From NCBI GenBank assembly GCA_964016885.1, contig CAXHJY010000935.1:26571-90570 (forward strand): DNA of 64,000 nt. The letters run 5' to 3'. The translations under genes were made by a program, and so were the position numbers. This document shows positions 1 through 12,065 of the stretch, in pieces. A model generated the notes under the pieces. The model had not been told where the DNA came from. It ran no database searches and was given only the letters and a program-made list of their open reading frames with translations. Position 1 is the stretch's first letter. Each line of letters starts with the position of its first letter. Source of the stretch: Eledone cirrhosa (taxonomy: Eukaryota).

Positions 1-202
1 TATTTTTTTGTATAATAGGTTATAGATTTTATTTTAAGCTGAAATTGCATAGATTGCAACTATTAGTTTAATCTCTTACTGAATTTTAAGTGATCGGTGC
101 ATTAAATGATGTTTATTCATATTTATATACAGATTAGATGATAGAAACTGATGAATAAGCACATTACCAATACAAAACCTTTTAACATAATCTGAAACAA
201 TT

Positions 203-370
203 GGTGGTGGATTGGCAGTATCAGTAGAGGGTTGGACACCATGCTTTGCAGCTTAGAGTTATGGCCTTTTACGTTCTGAGTTCAAATTCTGCCAAGGTTA
301 ACTTTGCCTTTCATCCTTATGGGGTCGGTAAAATAAAGCACCAGTAATACACCCTACTGATACTGCCAAT
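203..370 (+). mobile_element. tRNA-derived SINE with Meta-type central domain. Other copies at about 4285, 15815(-), 16816, 19400, 25220, 31340, 33220, 33847, 34085, 35268, 36070, 53935, 57750
   Basis: A-box-like TGGCAGTATCAGTAG, B-box GAGTTCAAATCC, conserved GCCTTTCATCCTT..GGGGTCGATAAA core. Confidence 0.88.
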
Positions 371-436
371 CCACTGCCCTAATGTATATTATTAATTATA
401 ACATATACGTATATATATTTTTTTCCATTTTTCCAG

Positions 437-567
437 ATGACATGTTTCCAAATTTAACTGCCTATTTTAAAAGGATAAAATCTATGTATTGGTCTGACTG
501 GTTTGATCTAAGTGTGAAATTTCCTACTTTTGGACTTCAGCCTCGAAACACTAATTTTGTTTCTTAA
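437..567 (+). CDS. FAXC/metaxin-like GST-fold protein, paralog A, last coding exon (rest of gene lies upstream of window)
   Basis: Polypyrimidine tract and AG at 435-436. Phase-1 exon reads (D)DMFPNLTAYFKRIKSMYWSDWFDLSVKFPTFGLQPRNTNFVS*, homologous to exon 35552-35670 (NL.AY..R....YW.DW, typical FAX C-terminus). Confidence 0.88.
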
Positions 568-789
568 ATAATATTTAGAAAGAAACCAGATTAATACAGT
601 TTGGACCTGTTAAAACCAACACACCATGATCGGGCAATGCTTTGAATCTACCTTTAGAATTATCTATGTACTTCCTACTATTATATTTGATTTTAGACTT
701 TATATTGAAGGAAATAATAAAAAGCTTGTTTTTTTTAAAACTTTTTAAAAACTTTGTTAGATACGAAGGGATGAAAGTTATTCGATGAC

Positions 790-2460
790 TCTGAATGGTG
801 GAAGCACGGTGTGGCAACAAAGCCACAATCAGGTCTTTGGCAGACCACAATGGGTGCATGTTAATAGATCCCAAGCAAATGTGTGCAACATTTCAGCAGC
901 AATTTGTCCAGTGCAGAGTTTACAATTTTGGCCAAGGTGTTACAGATAAGTGGGCACTTTTCGTCAGTGATCTGGTGAGGTAAGCGCAAACATTCACCAT
1001 CCCAAACAGATCCATCCACGACAAACTCCACCTCATGCGGTACATCATAGAGGATGGCTAAGAAACTTGGAACAGGTGCAGTCCTGATCAACTTAGATCA
1101 ATCAAAATCTTTCGATAGGGTCGACCATCGTTACATGGCAGCAGTGCTCAAGGCAGCTGGCTTCGTGCTCATTTTCAGAGACTGGATCACTGACATGCAC
1201 AGCAACTTCTGCTCTGTGGTGAAAGGAAATGATTATCTTTCGGAACCATTCTATATCATGTGCTTGGTCCACCAAGGTTATCCCCTCTCATCTCTATTGT
1301 ATGTATTGACTGTTGAACCATTACTACTCAAATTGGAAACATTGAGGGGCATCCAGCGCGAACTATGATGTGGGAGATCTGTGTCATCATATGCCGACAA
1401 GGTCACTGTAGTAGTGTTGAACACCAAACACATTGAGATGATCCGTACGATTCTCAGAGGTACAAAGTGATAACAGGAGCAAAAAACAACCAGGAAAAAG
1501 GACATGTTCCACAGGTCAGGCACTCTATTTACTGCCAGCATTCCCTGTGCAGAGGCTTGGACATTCAGTGGCTGTTGATGCAAACAGGTGTGGTCGCTGT
1601 TTGCTAAACATGTTTTCCTCAGGTTAACGGAGCTGCAGTCCCAGGTCAAGTGAAGACCGAGAAGGAGTGCTGGGAGACTGCAACATCTTCAAACGCTCAC
1701 AGCCCTCCCTCAATCGGGCAGTATGATCAGTGGAGACTCCACCTTAACATTCTATAGAGGATTAGTAAAGGGTAAAAGCAACAACATTCTTGGGAAGTCT
1801 CTGGGCGTCAATGATAATCAACTATCCAATCTTTTCCGGAGAATTTCCGGTCCAGGGCCCAAGGATAACTTTCAGAAATCCCTGGTAGTGTTACCAGGGG
1901 ACGTTGCTAGTTTGAGATAAACTGTCAGTTGGGCCTGTCGGAGATGTGCGCTGGGTGACAAAACTATTCTGCACGCACTCACTGAGTGTCCTAAGGGTTT
2001 AAGTCGCGCACCTGCTGTCAGGTGTGAGACAGATCCGGCTATCAGCTGAGTCCATTACGAAGATCGCCCTACCGCCTTCCTTTAGCCAGTGAAGATAGGC
2101 AGCTTTTATCTGCCAGATGGCCATGGCAAATGAGGTCATGAGGTGGACATGTCTAAAAGGGTTGAAGACAAACTCTTTTTTCTTTGGTGAAGCCCTGATT
2201 AACTTTTACAGGTTTCACTTGAAGAGGAAAATTAGAGTGCAGTGGGAAGTGCTGCCTTCCAAGCTGTTTGTTGAAAGGCGGGTGAGAGAATCAAGCTTTG
2301 TTCAAGTAAATGAACCTGCTCTGACTATGCGCCTGTAGATTGGAGGAGAGCAACTGGGAAGGGTCACTTGCCCTAGCTGTCAGGGTGTTTGTGACTTTGT
2401 GTGGGCTTTCTCCATGTGTGACCCTCAGAAGTTCTCCTATTGGGGAATTTTATTTTGTTT
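790..2460 (+). mobile_element. L1/Tx1-like LINE, degraded ORF2 3' part
   Basis: LINLDQSKSFDRVDH, HQGYPLS.LLYVL; homologous to 13640-15700. Confidence 0.85.
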
Positions 2461-2519
2461 CTGCTGCAAAGAAGAACCACCCATCCACTGAATGGAACCG
2501 TAAAATTGCAAAACTCAGT

Positions 2520-2754
2520 GACAGCAGCAGCAATAACAGCAACAGTAGTAGCAGCAACAGCAACAACAACAACGACAACAATGACAACACAGCACTAGAA
2601 AACTATGAAATGGATTTCTCGCTGCTAGAAATTTCAACACCGCCATCACAAGAATAACAAAAGCAACAAAAATACTAGAAAGTCCACTGCCTACTCCACC
2701 ACCATCACCACCAACACTACCACCACCAACACCACTACCAACATCAGCACCAAC

Positions 2755-2785
<31 letters not shown>

Positions 2786-2820
2786 CTATCACCACCACCA
2801 CCAACAACCTCAGCACCACC

Positions 2821-2874
<54 letters not shown>

Positions 2875-2876
2875 CC

Positions 2877-2908
<32 letters not shown>

Positions 2909-3068
2909 CACCAACAACAGCACCAACAACAACAACACCACCACCAACACCACTACCAACATTAGCACCAACACCACAACCACCAACATTAGCACCACCA
3001 CCACCAACAACAACAACACTATCACCACCACCACCAACAACCTCACCACCACCACCACCACAACAACA

Positions 3069-3105
<37 letters not shown>

Positions 3106-3140
3106 CAGGAGCAGCAGCAGCAGCACCACCACCACCATCA
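2520..3140. repeat. Compound trinucleotide microsatellite (CAA/CAC/CAG)
   Basis: Read directly from the sequence. Confidence 0.95.
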
Positions 3141-4125
3141 CCAAGATATTTGAAATCCTCAACTTGCTTGATATCACTGCCGTTGATTGTTTTGATGCTG
3201 TTGCCTGTACAGTTTAATACGTACTCTGTTTTACCCTTGTTGAGATGAAGGCCAATCAGAACGGCTACTTCCTGGAGAGATGTCAAAAGTTGTGCATTTT
3301 CTAGGCAATCTGCAAGAAGTGCAATGTAACACGCTAAGTCAAGGTCAGTGAGATGTTTAGAGGGGTGCCTAGAGCTCATGCGGGGTTTGATGGTTATACC
3401 TTTGTTATTGATTTTGTCAACTGAGAGCATAGTCTCGGGGCGTAGTCTAGTGCAAAGGTTCTCAACCCATTTCGGCCCCTCGAAATCACGAAATGCCCCG
3501 CTACCCTATTTTTCCATTTTTTAATATACTACTGACTATGTTATCAGTAGATTACTGGGCCAAATCAAGTTATGTTAGAATCTTTAAAAAAATCTTTAAA
3601 AAATACTCGTACAAATTAAATTCAAAAAAGTTTCAGTCTAAAACAAAAGCAAGTTATTTCAAATTATATATTTTTGAAAAATAGACGTGAATGTTCTCAA
3701 AGATTTGATCTCAGTCGAAAAAGCTTTTTCTTTTTAAATTCTATATTTCACTGTTAGCTGTTGTAATATTTTGAGTGGATAGACAATTCTACAATTCAAA
3801 CTGTAAAGTCAAAATACAAAAGATGCAAAATATGAAGAATTTCTTACCTTTCTCTGAAATCAAAAACTCAAGGGAAAAATAGTACCTTGCGAAATAAAGT
3901 GCCTCGATCACAAACTTAGTTGCAACGAATGAATTGAGATGCTTAGTGACAATGAGCAAACAATATCTGTATCCCTTACATAGATAGATACACGCACACA
4001 CACAAACATACACACACACACACAAACTTGTGTGTGCGTTGTTTTTGGTACAGAAATAATTTTGTCTCCAGTTTTTATTGCCGGGTCAAAGGCCACTGCT
4101 CTTTTCAACACCGTCAAATAACAAC

Positions 4126-4170
<45 letters not shown>

Positions 4171-4887
4171 TAGCGAGAATCGTATTTCGGCTTTGGAATT
4201 AGCGAAAACATGGACCCGTGAACTACTTTTCTATTGCCCGTGGTAGAACCAATATTTTAGATTCCATTATAACTGGTGAAAATAAGGTGGTGAGCTGGTG
4301 GAATCGTTACCACATCTGGCGAAATGCTTAGCGGTACTTCTTTTGTTTTTACGTTCTGAGTTCAAATTCCGCCGATCTCAACTTTGCCTTTCATCCTTTT
4401 GGGGTCGATAAATTAAGTACCAGTTGTGAACTGGGATCGATGTAATCGACGGGACCCTAAACCCCAAATTTCATGCCTTGTGCCTATAGTAGAAATGATT
4501 ATAACTGATGAAAATGATCACCCACCACCACGTTTGGCCCACTGTGCCTCTCCTCCAGGACGTAATGGCCCTTTTATGTCCTTCAGTTTGAGACCCCTCT
4601 TCTACACACACACACACACATATACATATATATACTTTACTTTTTTTCTGTCTCTGGACTACGCCCATGCTGGATCATCACCTTGGTAAGGATGTCAACA
4701 AACCAACAAGCATTAGTAGGAGGGCAAACACAAACGCAAAGACACACACAGACATATATACATATATACGACGCGCTTCTTTTAGTTACAGTCTATCAAA
4801 TCCACTAACAGGGCTTTGGTCGGCCCGGGAAGTGGGACTCAACCCGGAAATATGTGGTTGGAAAGAAGGCTTCTTGTCACACTGATC

Positions 4888-4920
<33 letters not shown>

Positions 4921-5099
4921 CGCAACACACACACAGAAATAAATATCTAAAAATAAAAAAGGTGGGTACGTAAAGGGTAAGGTAGAAAGTAGGGGGAATA
5001 AGGAAAATAAATACATAGGAAAAGGTTTAAATATAAGGGGAGATAAGGGAGAAAAAGAATATAAGAGTACAGAAAGTGAGTTCAGAGGTAAAAAAATCG

Positions 5100-5722
5100 T
5101 AGGGGATGTAAGCAGAGAAGAAGTTCAAGGTCGTTGAGTCATCGTAGGAATGTCAATCCAGTTACAGATCAGATGTGATTTCAGGTGAGGACAATATCTG
5201 AAGATCTCGGTCTTGGAGTTTAGGCAAGTTGAAGTGGCTTTTAAGATTTGTAAAATCCTAAATTTTTCAGTGGTACACAAAGAACAATTCTTTGTGCCCC
5301 TTTGGTACTCACTCGAATGGTCTAAAATAGACCAATCGATAGAGTACGGGATGTTTTTATCCTTGAATTCCCACACCTTATTTGCGAAAGCCGTTGCTGT
5401 TCTTTTATCGGAGTGTTTAAAAGAAGCGACATGTGCATAAAACCTGGTTTTAAACCTGTCCTAAGTCATGCCAACATATCGTTCACTCCTGGCTGGCTGG
5501 TTGTTAATTAAAGGTGTCATTTTGGCCTCAAATACAACGGATTTGGTGTTACATTTGCCCTGTAATGGGCATTCATCCGGCTTCCTGCAACTGCATCCTG
5601 GATTTATTCTCGTACGATTAGAATTAGTGATTTTAGACTTCATTGATGGGCAGCAAGAGTAACTTGTTTGCTTTAAATGTGTTTGCTTTCAATGAAATAA
5701 TTTCCGTATGTTGTTTATTACA

Positions 5723-5725
<3 letters not shown>
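5100..5725 (-). mobile_element. Penelope-like element, GIY-YIG endonuclease fragment (disrupted)
   Basis: CSCRKPDECPLQGKC..VVFEA...YVGMT* followed by WEFKDK...WSI...CSLCTTEK..I...LNSKTEI...CPH. Confidence 0.88.
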
Positions 5726-5777
<52 letters not shown>

Positions 5778-6145
5778 AAATGTGTGTAATCCTTGGTACA
5801 GTTAGGTATATTAAGACAGGGGGGAAGAAAAAATGGCTTCACTTGTGCTTTCAACAAATTTATTTTCTTCACAAAATCCCAAAAGAATTTTTTTCCGGAT
5901 TAGAAAAAAATTTTTTTCTTAAAAAAAATTATTTTATAAATTAAGTTGTTGGTTGTTGGTTAGGTCTTAGGAGTTCTTGGTTAACGTAGGAGGTATTGTT
6001 TCGTTTTTAGAACGACCTTTCACGCTGAGGTGCGCTTGTCAAACTGATGTGTATGTGGTGTGTTGTTCTATATATAGGGATTTAACATGTCTGTGGTGTG
6101 GTGGGGGTTTCTGACACATTCTTACTGACCATCGAATTACTCTGC

Positions 6146-6208
<63 letters not shown>

Positions 6209-6279
6209 ATCTTAATAGCCATTTGACACACATCGCTGCTGGACATTGTCGCAGCATCGAACACCTTACTACTACTACT

Positions 6280-6311
<32 letters not shown>

Positions 6312-7001
6312 ACACACACACATATTTGTTGTGAAAGAGTCATTTCTCAATCTTGGCGCAAAATCAACTTTTTACATTCACATGACCTCTACCGACCAAT
6401 CAAAATTGTTTTGACCACAAGCATTTTTGCAACACAAAAATAACGCTGGGGCCACTTTTTTAACATAAAAACAGGTAGAATTCCCAAAACTAATCAGATC
6501 AGAGCAAACAGCACGGACACTCTATCTCAAAATTATTTTTGAAAAGCATTTAGAAATGCGCAACCGGTAAAAACTTAAAAACTTAAAACCACAACTGAAT
6601 ACTAACCCATACAATCACTAATACTCTTTTATTCCTAATTAAACCATCATTTTTCAACTGTGAACAATTTGTCAGCATTTTCTATTCCGTTTACCAATAT
6701 ATAATAACTTGTGTGTTACACCTCTATTCTTTTAACTATATATATATATTAATATATATGTATATGTGTGTGTGTGTGTGTCAAGTTACTTTATAACTTT
6801 GTTTTTATTTTGTTGTTTTTATTTTTATTGTTAATTTAATACCTAATATCTGACTCTGTATCTAAAGAATTAATTCAGCGAAACACAGAACTTCTCTATG
6901 GATTTTACAAGATTACATTGAGTTCTATCTACGTACGGACCCTACCACCAGAGGTAGACCAGTCTGAAAAAAGAAAATATATATATGTGTATCGGTGTGT
7001 G

Positions 7002-7051
<50 letters not shown>

Positions 7052-7238
7052 GTGGAAAAGTAAGAAATCGGAGAACAGACCGTTAATACATGTTTATGTA
7101 TTAACGGTCTGTTCTCCTATTTCTTACTTTTCCGCGTGCTTACGCTCTTCTAACCCTCTAGCACACTAGATATTAACACCTCTAATATCTAACACTGCCG
7201 GCACTAGTATTGAGCACCTTTTTTCTCTCTCTCGATAC

Positions 7239-7315
<77 letters not shown>

Positions 7316-7345
7316 AGATCAAAAGATGGTTAAAGGAGTTCCATG

Positions 7346-7416
7346 TATTTTATTATGCGCATTTCAAAAACAAACATCATCATGCAATAATATTTGTGTT
7401 TTCATCAGATAAAATA
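7346..7416 (-). ncRNA. Second, identical hammerhead motif on the opposite strand
   Basis: Exact reverse complement of 8049-8119, in the other arm of the inverted repeat. Confidence 0.78.
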
Positions 7417-8048
7417 GGAGAACATGATATGAAGGCTAAAAAACACTTGTGGATAGTGCAGTTTTAAATCAACATATGAAAAGTGGTTTTAGATTGATGT
7501 GTGATATTGGGAAAAATATTTTATTTAGAGAGGGGGGTGGGTGGAAAGAATGAAAAAGGGGAGGAGATGAGAGGGAGAGATGGGTGATAGAGAGAAAGAG
7601 ATAGTTTTTTATAACTGAGAGGAGATATATTGTTTTACATAGAGAGGTTGAAAACCGTTGGAAGATAATGTATAAATAAAAAAAAAATTTGAAAATTAAC
7701 GAAGGGAGGATATGTGCGAGGAAAAAATATTTTATAAAGGATGAAAAAAGGGGGAGGAGATGAGAGTGAAGGTGGAGAGGGAGAGATGGGTGATAGAGAG
7801 AAAGAGATAGTTTTTATAACTGAAAAAAAGATAAAACAATATATCTCCTCTCAGTTATAAAAACTATCTCTTTCTCTCTATCACCCATCTCTCCCTCTCA
7901 TCTCCTCCCCTTTTTCATCCTTTCCACCCCCCCTCTCTAAATAAAATATTTTTCCCAATATCACACATCAATCTAAAACCACTTTTCATATGTTGATTTA
8001 AAACTGCACTATCCACAAGTGTTTTTTAGCCTTCATATCATGTTCTCC

Positions 8049-8119
8049 TATTTTATCTGATGAAAACACAAATATTATTGCATGATGATGTTTGTTTTTG
8101 AAATGCGCATAATAAAATA
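8049..8119 (+). ncRNA. Type I hammerhead ribozyme motif (Penelope-type, palindromic stem III)
   Basis: TATTTTAT-CTGATGA-[16-position stem II, GCAT loop]-GAAA-TGCGCA-TA-ATAAAATA. Perfect 8-bp stem I, intact core, AUA cleavage triplet. Confidence 0.8.
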
Positions 8120-8240
8120 CATGGAACTCCTTTAACCATCTTTTGATCTTATATTATGTATACTCCAGTCCTACAAACTGTAGAGTGCTTCTTATCCGAT
8201 ATCTGCATTGCTTTATTGTACTACAATAAAACTCACCTCC

Positions 8241-8295
<55 letters not shown>

Positions 8296-9990
8296 CTACA
8301 TACATATATACATACATAGATTTACGTATGTATATAGCTATGCATTTATACATTTGTATATATACATGCATTTATATTTAAGTGTGTAAGGATGTTGACT
8401 TGATTTTTTTTTTTTTTTTGGTAAGGAGAGAATTTTGACTCCAGATTTTATTACCTAGGGAGATTAAATACCACAGCATACAACCTCTTCAAACACCAAC
8501 GCTGGCCTGTGTGTGTATGTATGTATGTATGTGTGTATGTATGGCATGTGTGTGTATGATTGTATGTATGTATATGTATACACCCACACCTTTCATCACC
8601 ATTGCTTCTTTTTGTTGTCATTTCTGTTGAAGTTGTTCTTGTAACTGTTGTCATAATTGACGTTGTTCTTATTTTCATTTTCTATGATTTCTTTCATTTT
8701 TCTTTTATCTCCCTAGGGAATTCGTTGACAAGCTTCTTTCATTTATTTTCTTCGTTTTCTTCATTCAAATGCATTGCCACTAGCTGTCTCAGAGACGTAC
8801 AAATATGGCTTAGTAAAGAGCATCAACTCCTCCACTAGCGCCCCCAAAGCTTCAAACGCCCCCTAGCGCTCCACAAAGCTTCAAACGCCCCCCTAACTCA
8901 CCCTTGCTCCAAAACGCCCCCCTGGTAGAGCATATGCCCCCCCCCCCCCCCGTTGAGAACCTTTGGTCTAGTGCAATGATAAAGAGGAATGGGAAATGCT
9001 GAGATGTCACAGAACTCTGTTGGGCCATCAGGGGTGATGATAGTGGCATTTGTGTTGAGATACAGAGCCTTAATTGCTTCCACAGGTCGTGCTGGAATGA
9101 GTAGTGGAAGAGATGAAATCTCCAACAGACAAATGGCTCTAGTTTTTGTTGACTTTAGAAAAGCATATTATGCACATAAAAAAAAATTCATTTTCTTGAT
9201 CCCCTAGGGCCCGCATTAGGTGAAAACCTGTATTTTTCCTCCTTCATCGAGGAAAATCTTAAAGATTATCCGGCCATCAGAGTATTCGATTTATTTTCTT
9301 TACATATTGTCCAGGCATTCAGTTTTTCCACGATTAGGTCTGTTGGCGGTCCGCCTTCCATAATACCTTATCCCGTGCAACGCCGGGTACCACTGCTAGT
9401 ATATAATATACTTGTATATCATCTCTAACCCCCCCCCCCCCCCCACCCCCACCCAACCACCACCACCACCACCTCTTTGGGCCACGATCCCCTCCCCCCC
9501 CCTCCGACCTTCTCAACGACCCCTGGGAGCGGTAGCACCTACTTTGAGAACATCTGCTCTAACGACTCTAACGCCGACCAGTAAGAATAATAACAATAGA
9601 ATCCGATGTGAATAGACAGCTTGTGGGAGTATTTGATATGCTGTCGGTGTCTATAGTATGCAATACCTGTAAAACAAGTACATGTATATGTAAATAAATA
9701 AATAAATAAATAAATAGATAAATAAATAAATAAATAAACAAATAAATACGCGCGCTCACGCGTACATATACATGCTTTGAAAGTTGTTGCAAAAAGAAAA
9801 TACTTTTGTGATAAAATGTAAGTAGATGCGTACGTACATACATTACATACATATATGCATACGTACATACATACATGCATATACATGCATACATACATAT
9901 ATATATACATACATGCATATAAACACATACATACATGCATATACATGATGGCTGCGCCCTCGTTATCGAGTATGGCCATTGCAGGAGGAG

Positions 9991-10026
<36 letters not shown>

Positions 10027-10289
10027 TAAATAAATAAAAAATAAAATAAAATTAAAAAAAAGAAATATATATATATATACACACACATACATATAGATAT
10101 ATACACACACATATATATATATATATATACATACACACATATACATTAATAACAATAATAATGATAATAATAACAACAATAATAATAACGACAACAACAA
10201 CAATAATAATATACATATACATATATATATACACACACACACGCACACACATAAACATATCTATACACACACACACACGATAGCAACTA

Positions 10290-11045
10290 ACAGCGCTGCG
10301 ATCGAATGTGGCTTTTTAGCCCAAGCCAATGATCTAAAATGTCTTGCACAGAGTCGGCAACCAAAACATTCACTGGGAATAGCCGGCTGTGGTTGGAGTT
10401 CATGTACTTTTGCATGTCGATTGAGCCCTCCTGCTGATTTACATTCTCTACCACATGTTTGGCAAGCATGATGAGTAGCATCTCCAACAGCAGCCTGGTA
10501 GTCAACGACTGGTCTTACTTTATGACTGAGAAGATGACTTTCGAGTCCAGCTTTGCTTAAGCAGAGTCTCACACAGACGCTGCATGTCAGCACCATAGGA
10601 GGACCCTCGCCGTCTGGAAGTGCAACAGCAATGCCCTTCCTCACATCCCGCTTTACTTTCTCGTATGCGATTCGAGATGCCTCAAAGGCAACTTTTCCCT
10701 CATATACAGTCTTTCTCCATTTATTACATGCATATACATTTATTACATGCATATACATACATACATACATACATACATACATACATACATACATACATAC
10801 ATACATACATACATACATACATACATGGTGGCAGCCAACTCGTTTTCGAGTACGGCCACTACTTTATATCCATGTAGGAGAACCCCTCACCGATGCGCTG
10901 AACGAGTGTGACTTTTTAGTCTAGCCAGCGACTTGAAAACTCTGGTACAAACACTACACCTGTGACAATCATTGACACATAGTGCTGGGCCCATGGTACC
11001 ATGTGATGACAAGTGCAGAGAGATCTCCAGATATAAAGCAATGCC
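10290..11045 (-). mobile_element. RTE (BovB-like) ORF C-terminal fragments with tandem C2H2 fingers
   Basis: WRKTVYEG..AFE..R....KR..RK followed by three C..C...H...H units; embedded in TACA microsatellite. Confidence 0.65.
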
Positions 11046-11059
11046 TGTGCCGTGAGCTT

Positions 11060-12065
11060 TTATAGTGAGAAAAGGCACTGCACAAAGCCAGTCCCACTCT
11101 CTTAACCAAGATGATATTTAACAAAAAGAAGAACAAGTCAACATCATTGGATACCATCAGGGTTGCAGGTGTTATATCAGAGGTTTCCTTCTCCTAGAAT
11201 TCTGCCTTGACAAAGGCTAAGGGGTCATCTCTCCCGGTGATTTTGGATGGCCATTGACTATTAAGAGCTCCTTTGCCCTTTGACAGGTTTTATTTTTAGT
11301 CCTGCAGGATGTCCAAAGTCACCCTCCTCACCAAGAAACCTTGGTGGGGTTGCCAATTTAGTCGCCAACGATCCGATCATGAGACAGGTTGTACTGGGAT
11401 ACATGTTACCAGTAGCACCAACTGGTGACCTGACATACATACATACATACATACATACATGATGATACATGATGATACATACATACATACATACATACAT
11501 ACATACATACATACATACATACATACATACATACATACATACATGATGATGGCTGCCCCCTCGTTATCGAGTATGGCCATTGCATGATATACCATTATTA
11601 ATAATTATTAATTAATTCTATCGTGCAATGCCTGTGCGTGAAGATATTTTTTAAAGTGAGGAAAGACTGTGCACTGAGCCAATCCCACTCTCTAAGCGAC
11701 AGGAGCTATAACCCGAAAAGAAGAAAAGATCAACATCATCGGTAACTACTGAGCCGCAGGTTTTATATCGGAGTTATCTCAGTTTCCTGAGTTGCCTTCT
11801 CCTAGAAGAATGCCCTGACAAAGGCTAGTAGGGGTCCTTCACTCCCAGTGGTTTAACTGCGCAGTACATGTGTATATACATATTTACACACTTTTGGATG
11901 GCCGTTGACTCTTATGAGTTCTTCCGCCCTTTGCCGAGTCACTCTTGAGTGCTACTGGTAACATGTAACCCAGTACAACCTGTCGTATGGTCGAGTCGTC
12001 GGCGATTAAACCGGCAACCCCACCAAGTTTACTTGGTGAGGAGGGGGATTTTGGACACCCTGCAG
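11060..12065. mobile_element. Dispersed repeat family (copies at about 11060-11430, 11560-12065, 39150-39520, 56110-56275, 56905-57220), probably RTE 5' region or an RTE-related SINE
   Basis: Shared blocks GGATGTCCAAA..CCTCCTCACCAAG, GATGGCC.TTGACT and CCAATCCCACTCTC. Confidence 0.65.

Larger units (their letters stand above)
7308..8157. repeat. Long inverted repeat (about 330-bp arms), probably inverted pseudo-LTRs of a Penelope-like element
   Basis: 7308-7637 is the near-perfect reverse complement of 7832-8157. The spacer holds a partial direct copy of the arm. (TA)n tracts lie on both sides. Confidence 0.9.
3453..8965. mobile_element. Non-autonomous hAT-type element, 5.5 kb, containing nested repeats
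   Basis: 14-bp TIR CAAAGGTTCTCAAC / GTTGAGAACCTTTG and 8-bp TSD GTCTAGTG at 3445-3452 and 8966-8973. Confidence 0.88.
3140..9125 (-). mobile_element. RTE-like RT fragment split into two pieces (8966-9125 and 3140-3452) by a hAT insertion
   Basis: The FLFIIALD|YA motif continues across the insertion, followed by TDLDLA..IALLAD...GLHLNKGKTEY...QVEDFKYLG. Confidence 0.8.

Noticed and set aside
203-300. tRNA-like A and B boxes here and in many other places
   Set aside because: These are SINE heads followed by a conserved SINE body; no complete cloverleaf was seen.
2810-3430. 206-aa ORF with a very long hydrophobic tail resembling a membrane protein
   Set aside because: An RTE RT remnant reading into a CAA/CAC/CAG microsatellite.
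9539-10276. ORFs of 146 and 226 aa on the minus strand
   Set aside because: Composed of TACA, TAAA, TA and AAT simple repeats.
10261-10818. Tandem C2H2 zinc fingers suggesting a cephalopod ZNF gene
   Set aside because: No TGEKP linkers, preceded by an RTE C-terminal motif, frameshifted and bounded by microsatellites, so LINE-derived.
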